Source of the DNA: an uncultured Thermococci archaeon
GTDB lineage: Archaea > CAYQAE01 > CAYVLA01
Direction: 5' to 3'
Assembly: GCA_964549615.1 (NCBI GenBank)
Contig: CAZJVP010000018.1
Location: forward strand, 1-64,000
DNA length: 64,000 nt
A program made the translations under genes and the position numbers. The notes below the pieces were generated by a model. It was not told where the DNA came from, searched no databases, and worked only from the letters and a program-made list of their open reading frames with translations. Of the stretch, positions 9,728 through 20,891 are shown one piece after another (the stretch's first letter is position 1; the number at the start of each line of letters is the position of its first letter).

Positions 9728-11077
9728 ATGGCGCAGATGTGCTGCCAGAACAGCCTTGCCTTGGTCGGCGGATACGGCAAGATGGGCGTTTGGATACTGA
9801 AGTTCCTCGAAGGGCAGGGCTTGTTGTCCAAGATGTCCGTCGTGATAACAGGGCCAAGGAGAGACCCAGGGGAGAAAGTGGCCAGACGTTTCGGCTGCTC
9901 ATATTCCCCGGACAACCTCACCGCGGCGGCATCGGATTTGGCGGTCATCTGTACGCCGATCAGGACGGCCCCCTCAGTCGTTGCCCAGATAGGGCCCCAC
10001 ATGCGGCAGGGCAGCATCCTCATGGACATCTGTTCGGTCAAGAGCGAAATCTGTTCAGTGGCAGAGAGATCCGTCCCAGCAGGCGTCGAGTACGTCTCCG
10101 TGCACCCCATGTTCGGGCCATCCGTCGCGAACCTCGACGGGCAGGTCGTCATAATCGTGCCGGTGAAGGGGAACGGCTTCGCCCGGAGGCTGCAGGCCTT
10201 TCTCGAGCGGGCAAAGGCCAGGACGATCCTAACGAGCCCCGAGATGCACGACTACTCGCTTGCTGTTGTCCAGTCTCTAACACATTTCGCGTACATCGCC
10301 GTCGGCGCGACCCTGAAGGATCTCGATTTCGACATCCGTGATTCAAGATCCTACTCCTCCCCGGTCTACGAACTGATGCTCGACATGATAGGCCGCATAC
10401 TCTCAGGCGATCCGGGAATGTACACCGAGATACAGATGTGCAACCCTTACTCGGCTAGGGTCGAGGAACTTTTCGTCGCAAACGCCCAAAGGCTGAAGGC
10501 CGCCGTCGATGCACGGGACGCGACGGCCTTTTCCAGGATCATGATCGAGGCGGCCAGACATTACGACGATCTCGACTCAGCCTTCTCCAAGTCCAATAGG
10601 GCCGTCTCCGCGCTCTACGAAGAGTTCCTCAAGATGAAGGCATCCGTGGGAAGGCGGGTCGCGATCCGTAACGAGCTCAGCGGCGCAATCCACATCGGCG
10701 TGCTGAAGGAGATGACGCCCGAGAGCGTGGTCATAGGGGATGGCAGGCGGACGACGCGGCTCAAAGCGGCGAACGTGTCCCTGCTCCCGGAGGAGGAAGC
10801 CAGGAAACAGAGGATCAGGAAGTTTGGCACCTGCCAGAGGGACGCGTCCTTCATCTTCGACAAGACGGCCGACCCAGGGACGATCGCCGCCTTGATCCAA
10901 GCCCACGATCATGAGCTTGTCTCTGTCTCGGTCATCGACGTCTACGTCGGCCCCGGGATCCCCGAGGGCAAGAAGAGCGTCACCTTTCGTTTCGTCTTCT
11001 TCGCGGATCTGGACGTGGATGATGCCGAGAGGAAGGCGAGGGGCCTGCTCAGGGCGTTGGGCGCTTGGGAAAGGTAG
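9728..11077 (+). CDS. tyrA: Prephenate dehydrogenase with C-terminal extension ending in a ferredoxin-fold anticodon-binding (FDX-ACB)/ACT-like domain
   Basis: GGYGKMG, DICSVK, HPMFGP, HD..AVVQSLTH; C-terminus RDASF...VIDVYVGPGIPEGKKSVTFR. Confidence 0.9.
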   Translation: MAQMCCQNSLALVGGYGKMGVWILKFLEGQGLLSKMSVVITGPRRDPGEKVARRFGCSYSPDNLTAAASDLAVICTPIRTAPSVVAQIGPHMRQGSILMDICSVKSEICSVAERSVPAGVEYVSVHPMFGPSVANLDGQVVIIVPVKGNGFARRLQAFLERAKARTILTSPEMHDYSLAVVQSLTHFAYIAVGATLKDLDFDIRDSRSYSSPVYELMLDMIGRILSGDPGMYTEIQMCNPYSARVEELFVANAQRLKAAVDARDATAFSRIMIEAARHYDDLDSAFSKSNRAVSALYEEFLKMKASVGRRVAIRNELSGAIHIGVLKEMTPESVVIGDGRRTTRLKAANVSLLPEEEARKQRIRKFGTCQRDASFIFDKTADPGTIAALIQAHDHELVSVSVIDVYVGPGIPEGKKSVTFRFVFFADLDVDDAERKARGLLRALGAWER

Positions 11078-11876
11078 CGGCCGGGTAGGATCCGAGTACC
11101 TTGACCGAGACGCACACGCGCGAGAGCTCGGCGAGGGCCATCTGGCTGGCCTGGTCGGCCAAGTGGCCGTCGAAATCCACGAAGAAGACGTACTCGCCCA
11201 ATGCCCTCTTCGACGGTCTGGACTCTATCTTCGTGAGGTTTATGCCCCTCCGGGCGAATGGCTCCAGCGCCCTGTACAGGGCACCGGGCGAATCCTTGAG
11301 AACTATGATGAGCGAGGTCTTATCCCTGCCGCTGGGGCCCGGCATGGAGCGCCCCACCACGATGAATCTCGTGTAGGTCTCTTGGTCCTGTATGTCCTGC
11401 GCAAGGACCTTCAGGCCGTATATTCCAGCGGCCCTCGGACTAGCGATCGCGGCCGACCGGGGCTCAAGCGATGCGAGCTTTGCTCCCTGTGCCGTACTCG
11501 ACGCAACGACGAGTTCGGCGTGGGGCAGCCTTTCCTTGAGAAACCGCCTACATTGGGCAATTGCGGCCGGGTGCGAGAACACCTTCTCGACCGATCCCAG
11601 GTCGCACCTTCCGACCAGGCTGTGGCTTATTCTCAGGACGACCTCATCACAGATGACGCTTGTCATCTCCCTCATGATGTCGAGGGTGAGTCCGATGGAG
11701 CCCTCCAAGGAGTTCTCGATGGCGACGACCCCGAGGTCGGCTCCCCTTTCCAGGCCGATGATCTCTTGAGGATCGTCCATGAGCAGGATCTCTAGCTCCT
11801 CGAAGCGCTTGCCGTACTCTAGGGCCGCCTCCTCAGAGAAGGATCCCTCAGGCCCCAAGGTCGCGATGCGGGGCAT
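11049..11876 (-). CDS. pheA: Prephenate dehydratase (PDT + ACT)
   Basis: LGPEGSFSE, ENSLEG, SHPAAIAQC, TRF, NLTKIESRP. Confidence 0.95.
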   Translation of the reverse strand: MPRIATLGPEGSFSEEAALEYGKRFEELEILLMDDPQEIIGLERGADLGVVAIENSLEGSIGLTLDIMREMTSVICDEVVLRISHSLVGRCDLGSVEKVFSHPAAIAQCRRFLKERLPHAELVVASSTAQGAKLASLEPRSAAIASPRAAGIYGLKVLAQDIQDQETYTRFIVVGRSMPGPSGRDKTSLIIVLKDSPGALYRALEPFARRGINLTKIESRPSKRALGEYVFFVDFDGHLADQASQMALAELSRVCVSVKVLGSYPAATFPKRPTP

Positions 11877-12156
11877 TGTCCACCTCCTTTCTCTGTTGCC
11901 TCTTGCTGTAGTCGATGAGCAGGGCGAAGATCCTATCCACGAGTTCCTGCTCTAGCCCAAGCTCGGCCGCCTTGTCCCGGGCGCGTTTGAGGACGATCTC
12001 CTCGACTTCCCTGGACTCTATGTCCAGCCCTTTCATCGACTTGATGCGTCCGATCTTGGATGCCAGCCGCATCCTTTGGGCGACGGCGCGCACTATCCGC
12101 AGGTCAAGATCCGCGATCTTCATCCGGAGGGCTTCCAGCTCCTGATCCGAACTCAT
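11848..12156 (-). CDS. Chorismate mutase (AroQ type)
   Basis: LRMKIADLD...R...IGRIK...RE pattern; located in the aro/phe operon. Confidence 0.9.
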   Translation of the reverse strand: MSSDQELEALRMKIADLDLRIVRAVAQRMRLASKIGRIKSMKGLDIESREVEEIVLKRARDKAAELGLEQELVDRIFALLIDYSKRQQRKEVDNAPHRDLGA

Positions 12157-13025
12157 TCCAACACCCTGGACCCAGTATTGTTCGTCCTAGTCACGATGAC
12201 CCTCTCCCCCATGCCCTGCCAGGCCTCCCTTACCGCCCCACCGTCCCGGCACAGGGCAATGAATGCCGGTCCCTTTCCAGAAAGCCCTGCAGCAAGCGCG
12301 CCGGCCTTGAGGGCCACCAGAGCCGGCCAAGGATCATAGCGCAGCGATGCGCAATAGATGAGGCCGTTGAGGGTCATCGCCCTGAGCAGGTCGCCCTCGA
12401 GCGCTTCCCTGTGCGCCATCTCCACCTGGGGGGCTAGTAGCTTGAGCGTCGCCACGTCGACCTTTCCCGAGTAGGACTTGGCCTGGGGAACGAGGATGAC
12501 GGCTTCGAGATCGCTCATGGGCGTTTTCCGCAGAATCCTCCTGTTCGAGTTGTCCGTGACGACAGCGCCCCCGAAGTAGGAAGCGCACGCATCGTCGAAG
12601 GCGCCCGTTATGGTGACGCCGCATTCTATGCTCGCATCTACGCCCATGTCGAGGATATCGTGATCGGGCGGAATCCTGTGGCCGAGCTTGTGCAGGGCGG
12701 ACGCGGTTGCTAGGAGGGTCGCGTTGCAGCAAGCACTGCTGCTCTTCAGCCCCCTTGCGATCGGGATGTCGGACCGCGTCTCGACGGTCGCTCCTAGGCG
12801 TGCGTCAGCCTCACGAAGCATCTTCCGGACGCAGGCCTCCATCAGGCGAGTGTCCTCGCCCGGTTCGTCCAGTATTCTGCCACGGACTTCCTGTGAGTCA
12901 TCCAGGACGACGGTGGCGACCGTCTTCAGGTTGACGGCGAAGGCCGCCCCGCCGCCCGTTGCCATGGCATTTACTATCGTTCCTGCCCCAGGGGCCTCGG
13001 CACGTCCCCTTGCAAGCTCCCGCAA
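12153..13025 (-). CDS. aroK: Archaeal GHMP-type shikimate kinase
   Basis: TIVNAMATG, PIARGLKSSSA, TGAFDDACAS, GLSGKGPA. Confidence 0.95.
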   Translation of the reverse strand: MRELARGRAEAPGAGTIVNAMATGGGAAFAVNLKTVATVVLDDSQEVRGRILDEPGEDTRLMEACVRKMLREADARLGATVETRSDIPIARGLKSSSACCNATLLATASALHKLGHRIPPDHDILDMGVDASIECGVTITGAFDDACASYFGGAVVTDNSNRRILRKTPMSDLEAVILVPQAKSYSGKVDVATLKLLAPQVEMAHREALEGDLLRAMTLNGLIYCASLRYDPWPALVALKAGALAAGLSGKGPAFIALCRDGGAVREAWQGMGERVIVTRTNNTGSRVLE

Positions 13026-13050
13026 ACGAATCCGGCCACGGTCTGGCGGA

Positions 13051-13066
13051 ATTTAGTTAAATATTA
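13051..13066. promoter_or_regulatory. AT-rich TATA region of the divergent aroK/aroC promoter
   Basis: ATTTAGTTAAATATTA in a 73-bp divergent gap; AAGGAG RBS before aroC. Confidence 0.5.
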
Positions 13067-13098
13067 CCGGGTACTGTGTCAAAGCGGGAAGGAGTTCG

Positions 13099-14193
13099 AT
13101 GAGTGGAAACAGTTTCGGCCAAGCCTTCAGGGTAACGACCTACGGGGAAAGCCACGGGCTCGCCGTCGGGGCAACGGTGGACGGATGCCCAGCCGGTTTG
13201 CCCCTGACCGAGGAGGAAGTACAGCTCGAGCTGGACAGAAGGAAGCCGGGGACGTCGGATCTGGTATCTGGGCGAAAAGAGGAGGACAAGGTCAGGATTC
13301 TATCGGGCGTGTTCGAGGGCAAGACGACGGGGACCCCCATATCGATGATAGTCTACAACCTCGACGTTGATTCTTCCAGTTACGAGGCTTTGATCAACAG
13401 GCCTCGCCCCGGACACGCCGACCTAACCTATGCACTGAAATACGGGAGGCGCGACCATAGAGGTGGTGGCAGGTCTTCGGGCAGGGAAACCGTCGGCCGG
13501 GTTATGGGCGGAGCGGTGGCCAAGAAGCTGCTTTTTCACACGCACGGCATTCAGATAGCCGGCCATACGCTGCAGATAGGACGCGTCAAAGCGCCTGCAC
13601 CTCCCGACTTCGACGCCGTCGTGAAGGCCCAACGGAACGCGGTCCGGTGTGCGAATGAAGCCAAGGCCATGGAGATGGTTCAAGAAATAAGGGCCGCCGC
13701 CGAGTGTGGCGACTCGGTCGGTGGGATCGCCGAGGTCATCGCCAGGGGGGTTCCGCCGGGCGTTGGGGAACCCGTGTTCGATAAGCTCGACGCGGAGATA
13801 GGGAGGGCACTATTCTCGATCGGCTCCGTGAAGGGGGTGGAGTTCGGGGCCGGCTTTGGCGTGGCGGACTTAAGGGGATCCCAATCCAACGACCCGATAG
13901 CGAACGTGGACGGCTCGCCGCGCCTGCTGACGAATCGGGCGGGAGGCATCCTCGGCGGAATCTCCACGGGCAACGACATCGTTGTCAGATTCGCCGTCAA
14001 ACCGACGCCCTCCATCTCGGTCGTGCAGCAAACTCTTGACATGGTTACCATGGAGGATGTGGAGATACGAGTGGCGGGCAGGCATGACCCCTGCATCGTC
14101 CCGCGCATCATACCGGTCGCGGAGGCCATGGTTGCAATGGTCCTTGCCGATCTGATGATCAGGGGCGGCTTCATCGGCCCCAGCAGGATATAG
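13099..14193 (+). CDS. aroC: Chorismate synthase
   Basis: [32 protein letters not shown]. Confidence 0.97.
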   Translation: MSGNSFGQAFRVTTYGESHGLAVGATVDGCPAGLPLTEEEVQLELDRRKPGTSDLVSGRKEEDKVRILSGVFEGKTTGTPISMIVYNLDVDSSSYEALINRPRPGHADLTYALKYGRRDHRGGGRSSGRETVGRVMGGAVAKKLLFHTHGIQIAGHTLQIGRVKAPAPPDFDAVVKAQRNAVRCANEAKAMEMVQEIRAAAECGDSVGGIAEVIARGVPPGVGEPVFDKLDAEIGRALFSIGSVKGVEFGAGFGVADLRGSQSNDPIANVDGSPRLLTNRAGGILGGISTGNDIVVRFAVKPTPSISVVQQTLDMVTMEDVEIRVAGRHDPCIVPRIIPVAEAMVAMVLADLMIRGGFIGPSRI

Positions 14194-14211
14194 CGTGCCG
14201 ATCGGAACCCG

Positions 14212-14562
14212 TTAGGTCCATACCACCCGCATTCGCTCGGTCCAACGGAAGATCCGGGTCCTCCTCCTCTGGGATCGAATCCAGCACGCCGTGCCCTTGG
14301 CTGCCCTTTCCTTCAGCGACCTAGTCAGGACCCCTTTGCTCTTGCCGAACACCGAGTTGACCATCGAGAGTTTGGCGCAGACAAGGTCAGGGCACAGCCC
14401 GCAATGCTCAAACGCGCGTTCGACGCAGCACTCATAGACCTTGCACCTGCCCCACCTCGACCCGAGGTTGGATCTGCACCCAGTGCAGGTTTCGTCCCTG
14501 TAGCAGCTGCACCTTCCACAGTACCGGCCGCAGTAGCCGGCTAGTGAGATCTCTAACTTCAA
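14212..14562 (-). CDS. DUF3795-like Cys-rich protein
   Basis: CGRYCGRC...CTGC...CKVYECC...HCGLCPDLVC. Confidence 0.75.
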   Translation of the reverse strand: MKLEISLAGYCGRYCGRCSCYRDETCTGCRSNLGSRWGRCKVYECCVERAFEHCGLCPDLVCAKLSMVNSVFGKSKGVLTRSLKERAAKGTACWIRSQRRRTRIFRWTERMRVVWT

Positions 14563-14575
14563 CGCGCTCCTCCGG

Positions 14576-15235
14576 CTATCTCCGCACCTTGCTGGCTATC
14601 GCCTGGGCGATCTCCTTGGCTGCAAGTCCAGGGTCTTTGGCGCTGCATATCGCCCTCCCCACGATCTCGAAGTCTGCGCCCATGGCTACGGCGTCGCCCG
14701 GATTGCCGCCCTGAATACCTATCCCGGGGCACAGTATCTGCATCGACGGTCCGACGATCTCCCTATAGGACGCCAGCTTCTCCGGCCTGTTCGCTGGGGC
14801 AACGATGCCTGACGCTCCGACGTTCCGGGCCATCCGGGCTATTTCCTCCGAATGTTTTGAGATGAATTGGAGCGAGCCGGGGTGCGACATCTCGACCAAC
14901 ACGTAGACGTCGCCGCCTGCCTCTACACACGCCCTCACGCTATCCTCGCCAGCAAAACCTTGGCAAATGACTCCCGATGCGCCGGAGCAGCGCATGATCT
15001 CGCAGGCCACCCTATTCGTGCTCGGGATGTCGGAGAGTTTGGCATCGACTATCACCGGCGCAAGCTCGGCCAGCCCGCGCACGCCGTGCAACCCGCGCTC
15101 TAGGATCACCGGCCAGTGGATCTTTATTGCATCGATATACTCCGCTGTCAGCTGAGCGACCTTGGCGGCCCGCTCGATGCCAATGACGTCCAACGCAAGG
15201 ATCAGATGGTTCTTTGGCTCGATCAACTGCGCCAT
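14576..15235 (-). CDS. pyrF: Orotidine 5'-phosphate decarboxylase
   Basis: LALD, DAKLSDIPST, MSHPG, PGIGIQGG, IVGR. Confidence 0.95.
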   Translation of the reverse strand: MAQLIEPKNHLILALDVIGIERAAKVAQLTAEYIDAIKIHWPVILERGLHGVRGLAELAPVIVDAKLSDIPSTNRVACEIMRCSGASGVICQGFAGEDSVRACVEAGGDVYVLVEMSHPGSLQFISKHSEEIARMARNVGASGIVAPANRPEKLASYREIVGPSMQILCPGIGIQGGNPGDAVAMGADFEIVGRAICSAKDPGLAAKEIAQAIASKVRR

Positions 15236-15238
15236 CCC

Positions 15239-15724
15239 TCAGAACTGGTCCAATATCTCCTTCTCCTCGACGAACCTCCCGCAGTAGTTGCACCTTAGGC
15301 GCAGGGGGTTCCTCGAGGCTACCCTGAAGGACGCGACGACGGGCTCCCGCGCGTTCGTGATGCAGTTGGGGTTGATGCACCGCACCGTTCCCTCGATGCT
15401 CTTGGGCAGGGAGACCGTAACCTTCTTTTTCACCTCGTAGTCCTGTATGAAGTTGATCGTCGCATCGGGGGTGATCAGCGATATCTTGTTTAGCTCGGAT
15501 GCGGCCAGGGCGCGCCCCTCCACCTTGACTACATCCTTCCTGCCCATCCTGGATGAGGGCACGTTTATCGCGACCGTGACGATCTTGTTCGGGTCTTTGG
15601 TCACAGAATCCTTCGTCACGCCGAGGATCCTCAGGACGGCCAACGCATAGCCGGGCTTTATGTGGTCGATGACCGTTCCATCCTTGATCTTCTTCACCCT
15701 GAGTTCCGTCGATTGCGTCGACAT
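15239..15724 (-). CDS. pyrI: Aspartate carbamoyltransferase regulatory subunit
   Basis: GTVIDHI, KDVVKVE, CINPNCIT, CNYC. Confidence 0.96.
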   Translation of the reverse strand: MSTQSTELRVKKIKDGTVIDHIKPGYALAVLRILGVTKDSVTKDPNKIVTVAINVPSSRMGRKDVVKVEGRALAASELNKISLITPDATINFIQDYEVKKKVTVSLPKSIEGTVRCINPNCITNAREPVVASFRVASRNPLRLRCNYCGRFVEEKEILDQF

Positions 15725-16726
<1,002 letters not shown>

Positions 16727-17008
16727 TCATCCCGGCTTGGCTCCGGCCTCTCGCGCTACGGCCCGGTCGGCGGCCCCCAGACACATATCGCCTCTTCGAG
16801 GCGGTCGTTTTTCGAGATAGATTCTCACAAATCTGGAGGCATGTTGGAGCGGGGCTGAACGTGAAGGCCAAGGGCAACGCGCGGCCCTTCGCCGACGGAC
16901 GTCCGTGCAGATGAAGAGCCGGTGGAAGACGCGGTGGAGGGCCCGGCCAAATCATCCCCATCGGTTGCAGGCAGAAGCCAAGGCTGTTTGCAGGAGACGG
17001 AATGCCGC

Positions 17009-17218
17009 CTAACTGTACTTGCTCGCCAACCTTATGTCCTCTTCGACGACGGTCTTCCTGCCTGCGTGTTTGGCCAATAGGACGGCTTTCTGGGCGATCC
17101 GAGTACCTTCCTCCTCCATCAGCTCGGCCAGTGCTCTAATGCCATCGGCGCCCACGCGGTCGATGTTAGCATTATCCTTAATCACCCGCTTCACTGCAGC
17201 AAGCGGCAAAATCCCCAA
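17009..17218 (-). CDS. Archaeal histone (HMf family) with atypical L1 loop
   Basis: LPLAAVKRVIK...RV...HAGRKTV..EDI histone fold, 69 aa. Confidence 0.93.
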   Translation of the reverse strand: MGILPLAAVKRVIKDNANIDRVGADGIRALAELMEEEGTRIAQKAVLLAKHAGRKTVVEEDIRLASKYS

Positions 17219-17465
17219 GAACTTTTCACCTCAAGGTGCGAACGGCATTTGAAGGTGGGATGGATCGCCGATCCACGAATGAAAGGCCCCTCCGGCTGAT
17301 TTCTGGTCGTATCTCGCTTAAATATGTTAGATTACCAACCGGAAGGCCACCTTGGCCCCATTTCGCCCGTGCAGGATCGGATGCCGTTCAGGATGCGATC
17401 TGGAGATTCCGATCGTGCAGCGGGCCTCTTGAAAGACTTAAGAAGCTCCGAGAGAAGTAAGAGCC

Positions 17466-18779
17466 GTGAGGGTCCGGGCGCCGGTTGACCTTCTCGTTGG
17501 AGAAAGCCGCCTAGTGACTCCGAGGGGGATCTTGAAAGCGAGCTTGGCCATCGACGGCGGGAAGATCGTGAAGATCGGAAAGCCCGCCATCATGCCGCAG
17601 GCCGACGAAACCGTCGTTCTTCCCTCGTCCTCGCTGGTCCTTCCGGCTCCTCTGGACGTTCACGGCCACCTGAGGGATCTGGAGCTGCGCCACAAGGGTG
17701 ACTTCGCTTCAGAGACTCAGGCAGCGGCGATAGGTGGCATCTCCTTCGTTGTGGATATGCCGAACTCCAAGCCTCCGACCTTGTCCGCAACTGCGTTCCA
17801 GGCCAAGAGGGACATGGCCTTAGGTAGGATCGCTGTGGATATCGGGCTGAACATGGGCGTCCAGGGGAACTGCGCGGAGCTTGAGAGTGTGAAGGAAAAC
17901 ATCGCCTACGGCGAGATATTCGTTGGCCCCTCCACCGAAGGGCCGGTCGTGGGCTACGGGGAGCTCGCTTCCGCCTTACGGGTCATAGCTCGAACCGGGA
18001 AGGTCGCCTGCATTCACGCGGAGGATTCCACTTTCTTCCGAGAGACAGCCGGAGAATATGACCACACTCTAGCGAGGCCCCCGGAGGCGGAAGAGGAGGC
18101 CGTCTTGAGGGTGCTTTCGTTGAATGAGGGAATCGGGGCGAGACTTCACTTCTGTCACATCTCCACAGGAACGAGCCTGCGCACCATAGCCGCGTATAGG
18201 TCGAGGAAGATGGAAGTTACCTGTGAGGTGACGCCGCACCATCTGATCCTTTCGAGGGCAACTTACCTAGAACATGGAGCGGTGGCAAAGATGAACCCGC
18301 CGCTCAGGGAGCAACGGCACGTAACAGCGATGCTCGACGGCGTGAGATCAGGCTTGGTGGATGTCATCGCCTCGGATCATGCTCCTCATGCCCTTGAGGA
18401 GAAATCCCTCGGTGAGCCGGATGCGCCTGCTGGCGTCCCAGGATTCGAAACGCTTGTTCCAGCCGTCCTCACTTACTTTGAGGCCAACGGCGTTTCGCCG
18501 TCCGCTTTCGTTCGCCTGACGAGCGTGGAGCCCGCCCGCATCTTCAACATTCCGGGCAAGGGCTTTGGGGTTGGGCGAGACGCTGATTTGGTCGTCGTGG
18601 ACAGAAAGAGGCGGAAAGTCGATCCCGAAAGCTTTCTCTCGAAGGCAAAGTACTCCCCATTCGTTGGGATGAGCCTAAGGTTCTGGCCCAGCATGACGAT
18701 CATGCGCGGAACTGTCATTTCGGATGGCGGGGAGGTAGTAATAAGAGACCAAGGCCGCTTCGTTGCCGCCGGTGAGTAG
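17466..18779 (+). CDS. pyrC: Dihydroorotase
   Basis: DVHGHLRD, DMPNSKP, HAED, CEVTPHH, KMNPPLR, SDHAPH; pyr gene context. Confidence 0.9.
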   Translation: MRVRAPVDLLVGESRLVTPRGILKASLAIDGGKIVKIGKPAIMPQADETVVLPSSSLVLPAPLDVHGHLRDLELRHKGDFASETQAAAIGGISFVVDMPNSKPPTLSATAFQAKRDMALGRIAVDIGLNMGVQGNCAELESVKENIAYGEIFVGPSTEGPVVGYGELASALRVIARTGKVACIHAEDSTFFRETAGEYDHTLARPPEAEEEAVLRVLSLNEGIGARLHFCHISTGTSLRTIAAYRSRKMEVTCEVTPHHLILSRATYLEHGAVAKMNPPLREQRHVTAMLDGVRSGLVDVIASDHAPHALEEKSLGEPDAPAGVPGFETLVPAVLTYFEANGVSPSAFVRLTSVEPARIFNIPGKGFGVGRDADLVVVDRKRRKVDPESFLSKAKYSPFVGMSLRFWPSMTIMRGTVISDGGEVVIRDQGRFVAAGE

Positions 18780-19194
18780 GTTGGACGACGAGATCGAGGC
18801 AATAAGGGAAAAGAAAAGGCGGGAGATGATCGAGCGTCTTTCGGGCAAGGCGAACGAGGGACGGTCCGAACTGCCCGGCGGTGTGCTCGAGATGGACGAC
18901 GCGTCGATCGACGCTGCCATCCAGTCCTACCCGTCTCTTGTGGTGGACTGCTGGGCAGCTTGGTGCGGTCCGTGCCGGGCAATGGCCCCGGTGATAGAGC
19001 AGCTCGCAAAGAAGCACAAGGGTAAGATCGTCTTCGGAAAGATCAATGTGGACCGGAACCCGGGCACGGCCGCCCGGTTTCAGGTCATGAGCATTCCTGC
19101 CTTCCTGGTGTTCAGGCGGGGCGAGCACGTCGACACGATCATCGGTGCGATGCCGGCCGAACGGCTCGAGCAGAGGCTGGCGAAGTACTTCTAG
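18772..19194 (+). CDS. trxA: Thioredoxin
   Basis: WAAWCGPC motif; archaeal N-terminal DDEIEAIREKK helix. Confidence 0.93.
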   Translation: MSRLDDEIEAIREKKRREMIERLSGKANEGRSELPGGVLEMDDASIDAAIQSYPSLVVDCWAAWCGPCRAMAPVIEQLAKKHKGKIVFGKINVDRNPGTAARFQVMSIPAFLVFRRGEHVDTIIGAMPAERLEQRLAKYF

Positions 19195-19963
19195 GGATCG
19201 GTTCCCTACGACCACATGCATCCCGTTTGAAGAGTCCGAACTCCGTCTCCTTGAGCTCCTTCCAGAAGAACACAGGGCCATCCCTGCAAACGGTGAAGCA
19301 ACCAAGCGCGCAGCTGCCGCAAAGGCCGATGCCGCACTTGAAGTACCTCTCGACGAGAAGTTGGCATTCGACCCCGGCGGTTTCGGCCATCATGCCGGCA
19401 GTCGCCATCATTGCCTCGGGCCCGCAGGCGAAGATGCAGTCGAATGCGGAAAGCGGAGGAAGGTGATCGGTGACGTTTCCGGCCATCCCAAGGCTGCCGT
19501 CGACCGTGCAGATCTGCGTCTTGCCCAATCGCCCGAACTCCTGGGCGTATATCGCATCGACGGCACTATTGAAGCCCAGAAAGATGGTTGGACTCGTTTT
19601 TCTGTGAGCCAGCTCCGAAGCTAGATGGAGAATTGGCGATGCGCCGATCCCGCCGCCTACCAGGATCGGCCTCTCATAGGCGAGGTCGAAGGCGCGCCCG
19701 TAGGGCCCCCTGATGCCGAGCAGGTCGCCCGGCTTGCAGCGGGCAAGCGCCCGGGTGAAGGGACCCACCTGCTTGACGGTCATGAGAAGCTCTTTCCTCG
19801 AGATCCTGGTCACGGCCATCGGCTTCTCGTCAGCGCCGTTCCACACCATGATGAACTGGCCGGGTCGTGGCAGCTTCTCGAGAGGGTTCTCGATCCTGAC
19901 GCAGGCTATGTTCCGAGCGATCTCCTTGGCCTCCATCACGCGAGCTGGCTTGGGCCTCTCCAT
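19139..19963 (-). CDS. pyrK: Dihydroorotate dehydrogenase electron transfer subunit
   Basis: PGQFIMVW, RGPYG, GGGIG, CGPE, CGIGLCGSC...VCRDGPVF. Confidence 0.94.
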   Translation of the reverse strand: MERPKPARVMEAKEIARNIACVRIENPLEKLPRPGQFIMVWNGADEKPMAVTRISRKELLMTVKQVGPFTRALARCKPGDLLGIRGPYGRAFDLAYERPILVGGGIGASPILHLASELAHRKTSPTIFLGFNSAVDAIYAQEFGRLGKTQICTVDGSLGMAGNVTDHLPPLSAFDCIFACGPEAMMATAGMMAETAGVECQLLVERYFKCGIGLCGSCALGCFTVCRDGPVFFWKELKETEFGLFKRDACGRREPIPRSTSPASARAVRPASHR

Positions 19964-20890
19964 CTAAGTGCCTCCGTGGGCAGCTCCTATGATGTCTTTA
20001 TGGGAGACTCCGCGATCCTCGAGGAAGCGTTCTATGCCCGCCGATATCTCCCTGAAGGCTTGAAGTCCACGATGGTAGACAGCTGTGCCTATCTGAACCA
20101 ACGTGGCACCGGCCTCCATGAGCTCGATCGCGTCCTCTGCTCTCGCGATGCCGCCGACGCCTATGATTGGGATATCCACCGACTCGTATATGTCGTAGAC
20201 GCACCTCACTGCGATCGGCTTGATGCACGGACCCGTCAGGCCTCCCCTGAGGTTGGATAGTATCGGCCTCCTTCTCTCGATCTCGATGGCCATCCCCGGC
20301 CCCACGCTGTTTATCGCGCAAATGGCATCGGCGCCGCCCGCCTCTGCATGTTCCGCGATTTCCTCTATCCGCGGGACGTTTGGGCTGAGCTTCGCTATCA
20401 CGGGCTTCTCGGTATTTTCCCTGCACTCCTGGACGATTTGCTTCACAAGCCCGGGGTCCGAGCCGACCGCAAGCCCGTACCGTTTTGAGTGCGGGCAGGA
20501 AAGGTTCAGCTCAAAACCGTCCACCACGGGCTCAAGGGCTCTCAGGGAAGTGCGGAACTCCCGGCATGACGCGCCGTAGATGGAGGCAATTAGCGGAATC
20601 TGGAAGGGCTCCTTCGAGATCCCTTCTTTGAGGTCCTCGAGGAAGGCCTGCACGCCCGGATTGGCCAGGCCGACGGCGTTCAGGAATCCTGACTCGACCT
20701 CGACGAGTATCGGCCCGCGGTAGCCAGGGTTGGGCTTGGGGCCGATCGATTTCGTCACCAAGGCCCCCGCACCCTCCCTTTCCACCCTCTTCAGGGATCC
20801 GTAGGTCTCGCCTAGGATTCCGGCGGCGAGCATCACCGGGTTCCGTATCTTCATCCCTGCAACCGATTCCCAACGGGTCAAGAATTCCAC
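19964..20890 (-). CDS. pyrD: Dihydroorotate dehydrogenase (family 1B) catalytic subunit
   Basis: NAVGLANPG, ELNLSCPH, KLSPN, GVGGI. Confidence 0.95.
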   Translation of the reverse strand: MEFLTRWESVAGMKIRNPVMLAAGILGETYGSLKRVEREGAGALVTKSIGPKPNPGYRGPILVEVESGFLNAVGLANPGVQAFLEDLKEGISKEPFQIPLIASIYGASCREFRTSLRALEPVVDGFELNLSCPHSKRYGLAVGSDPGLVKQIVQECRENTEKPVIAKLSPNVPRIEEIAEHAEAGGADAICAINSVGPGMAIEIERRRPILSNLRGGLTGPCIKPIAVRCVYDIYESVDIPIIGVGGIARAEDAIELMEAGATLVQIGTAVYHRGLQAFREISAGIERFLEDRGVSHKDIIGAAHGGT

Positions 20891-20891
20891 C

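Noticed and set aside
17890-17935. Glu (YGEIFV) at the position of the carbamylated Lys in dihydroorotase
   Set aside because: Acidic bridging residues are known in other dihydroorotases; not considered novel.
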